Source: Hypanus sabinus
Lineage: Eukaryota
NCBI RefSeq assembly: GCF_030144855.1
Contig: NC_082714.1
Coordinates: 132,432,001 to 132,496,000 of the forward strand
Length of the DNA stretch: 64,000 nucleotides
Direction: 5' to 3'
Of the stretch, positions 60,401-64,000 are shown piece by piece; within the stretch, counting starts at the first letter, position 1, and each line of letters opens with the position of its first letter. The notes below the pieces were generated by a model. That model saw only the letters and a list, made by a program, of their open reading frames with translations, was not told where the DNA came from and did not search any database. Made by a program: the position numbers and the translations under genes.

Positions 60401-61277
60401 TCCTTGCAAGTGGAACAAGTGCCACATCTGCCCCTGTATCACATCGCTCACTACCATTCAGGGTCCCAAGCAGTCCTTCCAGGTGAGGCGACACTTCATC
60501 TGTGAGCCAGTTAGGCTCATCTATTGTATTCGGTGCTTCCTGTCTGGCCTCTTGTATATTGGTGAGACCCAACATAGATTGGAAGACCGCTTCGCCGAGC
60601 ATCTATGCTTCATTCTCTGGAAAAAGAGGGATCTCGCAGTGGCCACCCATTTTAATTCCACTTCCCATTCCGATATGTCTATCCATGGCCTCCTCTACTG
60701 TCGCAGTGAGGTCACACTCAGGTTGGAGGAACAACACCTTATATTCCAACAACACAGCCCTCTCAGCCTGAAACATTGACTGTACTTTTATTGATAGATG
60801 CTGAGTTCCACTAGCATTTTGTGTGTGTTGCTTGGATTTCAGACATCTGCAGATTTTCTCATTTGTGACCTTATATTTGATCTGGGTAGCCTTTAATCTG
60901 ATGGCATGAACATTGATTTCTCAAAATTCCAGTAATGCCCCCCTCCCCATTCTCCATATGTCTTTCTCAGTTTACCCTCTTGCCTGCCCATCACCTCCTT
61001 CTGGTGCTCCTCTTCCTTTTCCTTTCTTTATTGGCCCTCTGTCCTCTTTTATTAGATTCTCTTTTCCAGCCCTGTATTTCTTTTATCAATCAACTTCCCA
61101 ACTCTTTACTTTACCCTTTCCCCCTTCCTGGTTTCACCTATCACCTTGTGTTTCTACCTCCCTTCACTCTGACTCCTCTTCTTTTTATCTCCAGTCTCGG
61201 CCCGAAACATTGGTTGTATCCTTTTCCTTAGATGCTGCTTGGCCTGCTGAGTTCCTCGAGCACTTTGTGTGTGTTAC
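60400..61277 (+). mobile_element. Penelope-like element 3' part (GIY-YIG and pyrimidine-rich tail)
   Basis: LIYCIRC..GLLYIGET.HRL.DRFAEH..VATHFNS..RLEEQHLIF; terminal CCCGAAAC..GATGCTGCTTGGCCTGCTGAGTTCCTC. Confidence 0.9.
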
Positions 61278-62057
61278 TTCAATAATCAGGCCTGGTTTTG
61301 CTGACATTGAGTGACAAGTTGTTGCTGTGGCTCCATTCAATCTCCCTCCTATTTGCTGATTGGTCACCACCAATGATTTGGCCCACAACAGCAACATCAT
61401 CCGCAAACTTAAATATGCCATTGGAGCTGTACTTCACCTCACAATCATAACTTATAAAGTGAGTAGAACAGGGGGCTAAGCACCAGCCTGTGCTGATAGT
61501 AATTGTGGAAGAGATGCTGCTGCCAATCCAAACGTCTGGGGTCTGCAAGTGAGGAAATTGAGGATTTAGGCACAAGGAAGTACTGCGAATTAGGCCTTGC
61601 AGCTCATCGATTAGTTTTGAGGGAATAATAGTGTTGACAGCAGAGTATTCTGATGAGACACCTTTACTGTCAAGATATCCAGAAGAGCCAATGAAATAAC
61701 ATCTACTGTTGACCTGCAGTGACAGTAGGCAAATTGGAGCGGATCCAAGTTGCTCCTCAAGCAGGAGTTGATGACCTTTGTCACCAACCTCACAAAGCAC
61801 TTTATCACCATGGATATAAGTGCCGTTGGATGATAGTCGTTGAGGTAGGTTACCATGTTCTTCTTGGGCACCTGTATAATTGAAACCTGCTTGAAGCAGG
61901 AGGCTACCTCAGACAGCCAAAGGAAAGGTTAAGGATATCAGTGAACACTCCAGCCAGTTGAATTTCACAGATCTTCAGTACTCAGCCAGGTTTCCTGTCT
62001 TGGCCAAATGCCTTCCATGGGTTCACCCTCCTGAAGGCTGCTCTGACATCAGCCAAG
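61278..62057 (-). mobile_element. Rex1/Babar LINE RT fragment
   Basis: PKK..LNDYHP.AL.S..KCF.RLV..LDPLQFAY; FKFADD..VVGQI; NNLSLNVSKT. Confidence 0.88.
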
Positions 62058-63464
62058 TGTTATAGTTGAAATTAAATCTTAATATTCTAAGAGAGGCCAT
62101 TTAAAGTGTTTAAAAGTACAGTGAGGTAATTTCTATTTTGCTTTTAGTTTTTCAGATTGCATTTATTTGTTTCTGATTTGTCTCTGGTATTCCTTGGTGT
62201 GAAGAATTAGGGAAGCATTAACTATATTACCTTCTGTTCACCATACTGAAGCTTTCAAGTTCCTTGCTTTATATTTTTCATGGTGATAGTCATCATCATT
62301 ATCATTATAACATTCATAGTCTATGTAAAGCCTACACAATTCAGAGGACTATTTTCATCAGTGCCAAATTTGATCGATCAGTTGCAGGTTCACAACTATA
62401 TCTGTCTGCAATGTTCTTCACATCTTATGTTATCAATCTTGCATTTTTATCAAAGAGACTTCATCTTGATTATAGCAGTCCACATGACAGAATGGTAGAA
62501 GTGACCATCCTTCCCACTCTCGTGTGCCAAGTACATTCCACCTCATGAAAATATGAGGAATAATCAAAGGTGTTGGACATTCTTTTTAGAGACACCCAAT
62601 GCCTTCCATCTATGGTAACGAACTATTTACTGGAGGAGCAGCATCTGGAGAAAAGGAACTATCAACTTCTCCATTTGAAATCACCGAGTTCCTTGAGAAA
62701 ATTGCTTGTTGCTTCCGATATCAGAGCTTGCAATATTTTGTAAATTTCATCTGTAGTTCCTGGCCATACCAAGGAATATGTTTCAATTTTTTTTAAACTT
62801 TCATAGTTAAAGCAAAGAAAAAGCTCAAACCACTCAAAACTTTGTATTTGTATTTGGATTGGACTGTAGTTGTTTGCAATATGGAAGTTCAAGGTTGCTT
62901 CAAGCCAGGACAAGAACCAGGAGAGTGCTAACCACTTTAGAAAAGAGTGGAAGGGGAAATGTAACTCAGAGTAATGGGAATCCAGTCATTACACGTCATT
63001 AGAATTCTGTTGTAGGAGAACTATCAGTGTATTATTATTCCCAGGCAGCAAAAGTTAAACAAAGATGAAGCCAAGTCTCCAAGGCCTTTAAGGTTATGGT
63101 TATGACCCACACTGATGTAATATAGCCTCCATATTAAACTCATAGGCAAGTAATTCTTAATGTTCCTTTGATATATTATCACGTCCACACTTATGAGATC
63201 TATATATACACTTCAATAGATGATGCCACAGAACTTCCACTGACAAGCTCACATAGGTAATCACTATTGAAAATTGGTTAATTAGTAATTTTCATAGGAA
63301 ATGCACAAGCACAATCTTTTGATGAATATACAAGATCTGCTGGTATGAGGATTTCATTTAAATCTATTGGAAATGTAAGAAAAAAAGGAAGATAACACCT
63401 ACAGATTCACAAACAAGGTAGTTATTTAAAACTGAGGTGCATGGAAATTTCTTCCCTCAATGAA

Positions 63465-63665
63465 GCTTTTGAATTCTCTGCCTCAAATGGTGGTGGAGGC
63501 GAGATCATTGCTAATACCTATGTAAGTTGGAAGTAGGTAAATATATGGAGAATTTACAACTATAAGGAACTTATACAGGTGAAGATTTGAGGCCAGCATG
63601 ATCATATTACGTGGTGAGGTAGGCTTGAGGTCTGGTGGCCCACTCCTGTTCCTATTTTCTTGTGT
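63465..63665 (+). mobile_element. CR1 3' tip, decayed
   Basis: GAATTCTCTGCCTCAAATGGTGGTGGAGGC..GCAT..GGCTTGAGG..ACTCCTGTTCCTATTT. Confidence 0.7.
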
Positions 63666-64000
63666 ATCAGTAGCATGCCTTGTCAATTGTATAATTTCAT
63701 TAATAACAAAGGAAGCTTCTAACAAATATTAAGGGAATGTGACAATATGCCCTGCTATGTGCCAAGGGAGGGAAAGGCTGTCTGTTAACAGAAACATTTC
63801 CTGAAATGAGATCCACAGCACATACGTGCATATATGCACTTTTCTCCTTTAGCATTCAAGCCGGGTCACACAGAGATTCCACTTCTAGACTGCAAGCTCT
63901 GTGAAGTTGCTAAAACCTGCATCTCAGCATGGAAATTTGGTTTAAGGTCTTTAATCTTAATGGAGACACAGCAGCTGAAGGCTAATGAAGAAATTTTATT

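Noticed and set aside
61185-61210. Hammerhead ribozyme in the Penelope tail
   Set aside because: GAAAC is present but the CTGATGA core is missing here and at ~60770, so no intact ribozyme can be supported.
62599-62796. 65-aa ATG-initiated ORF
   Set aside because: Contains GCAGCATCTGGAGA..GAGTTCC, resembling decayed Penelope-tail repeat sequence; no protein similarity recognised.

Overview
Vertebrate nuclear DNA, probably from a cartilaginous fish (ray/batoid; inferred from its SINE, CR1, Rex1 and Penelope families). The only host gene I can support is the first coding exon of the Kv2.1 potassium channel KCNB1 on the minus strand (ATG 22027, GT donor after 21461, 189 codons). It lies in a TE-free, CpG-retaining zone (~21.1-25.5 kb). 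Positions 1-21460 are its intron, and exon 2 is outside the window. Most of the rest is decayed mobile DNA: CR1, Rex1/Babar, RTE, L1 and R4/Dong non-LTR elements, Penelope-like elements, tRNA-SINEs, Tc1/mariner and hAT remnants, and a complete Mag-type Gypsy provirus. I found no convincing new protein-coding system. The best leads are: (1) a 6.45-kb, ~230-copy 28-bp minisatellite grown from inside a SINE, with higher-order structure; (2) a twin-primed (5'-inverted) L1 with an exact 11-bp TSD; (3) a cluster of candidate KCNB1 regulatory signals (7-bp-spacer RE1/NRSE, three uORFs, a CTCF site); (4) a young non-coding retroposon headed by three YY1 motifs; (5) a chimeric CR1 block bounded by inverted 3' ends. 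TE boundaries without stated TSDs or TIRs are approximate, and family names come from recognition by eye, not database searches.
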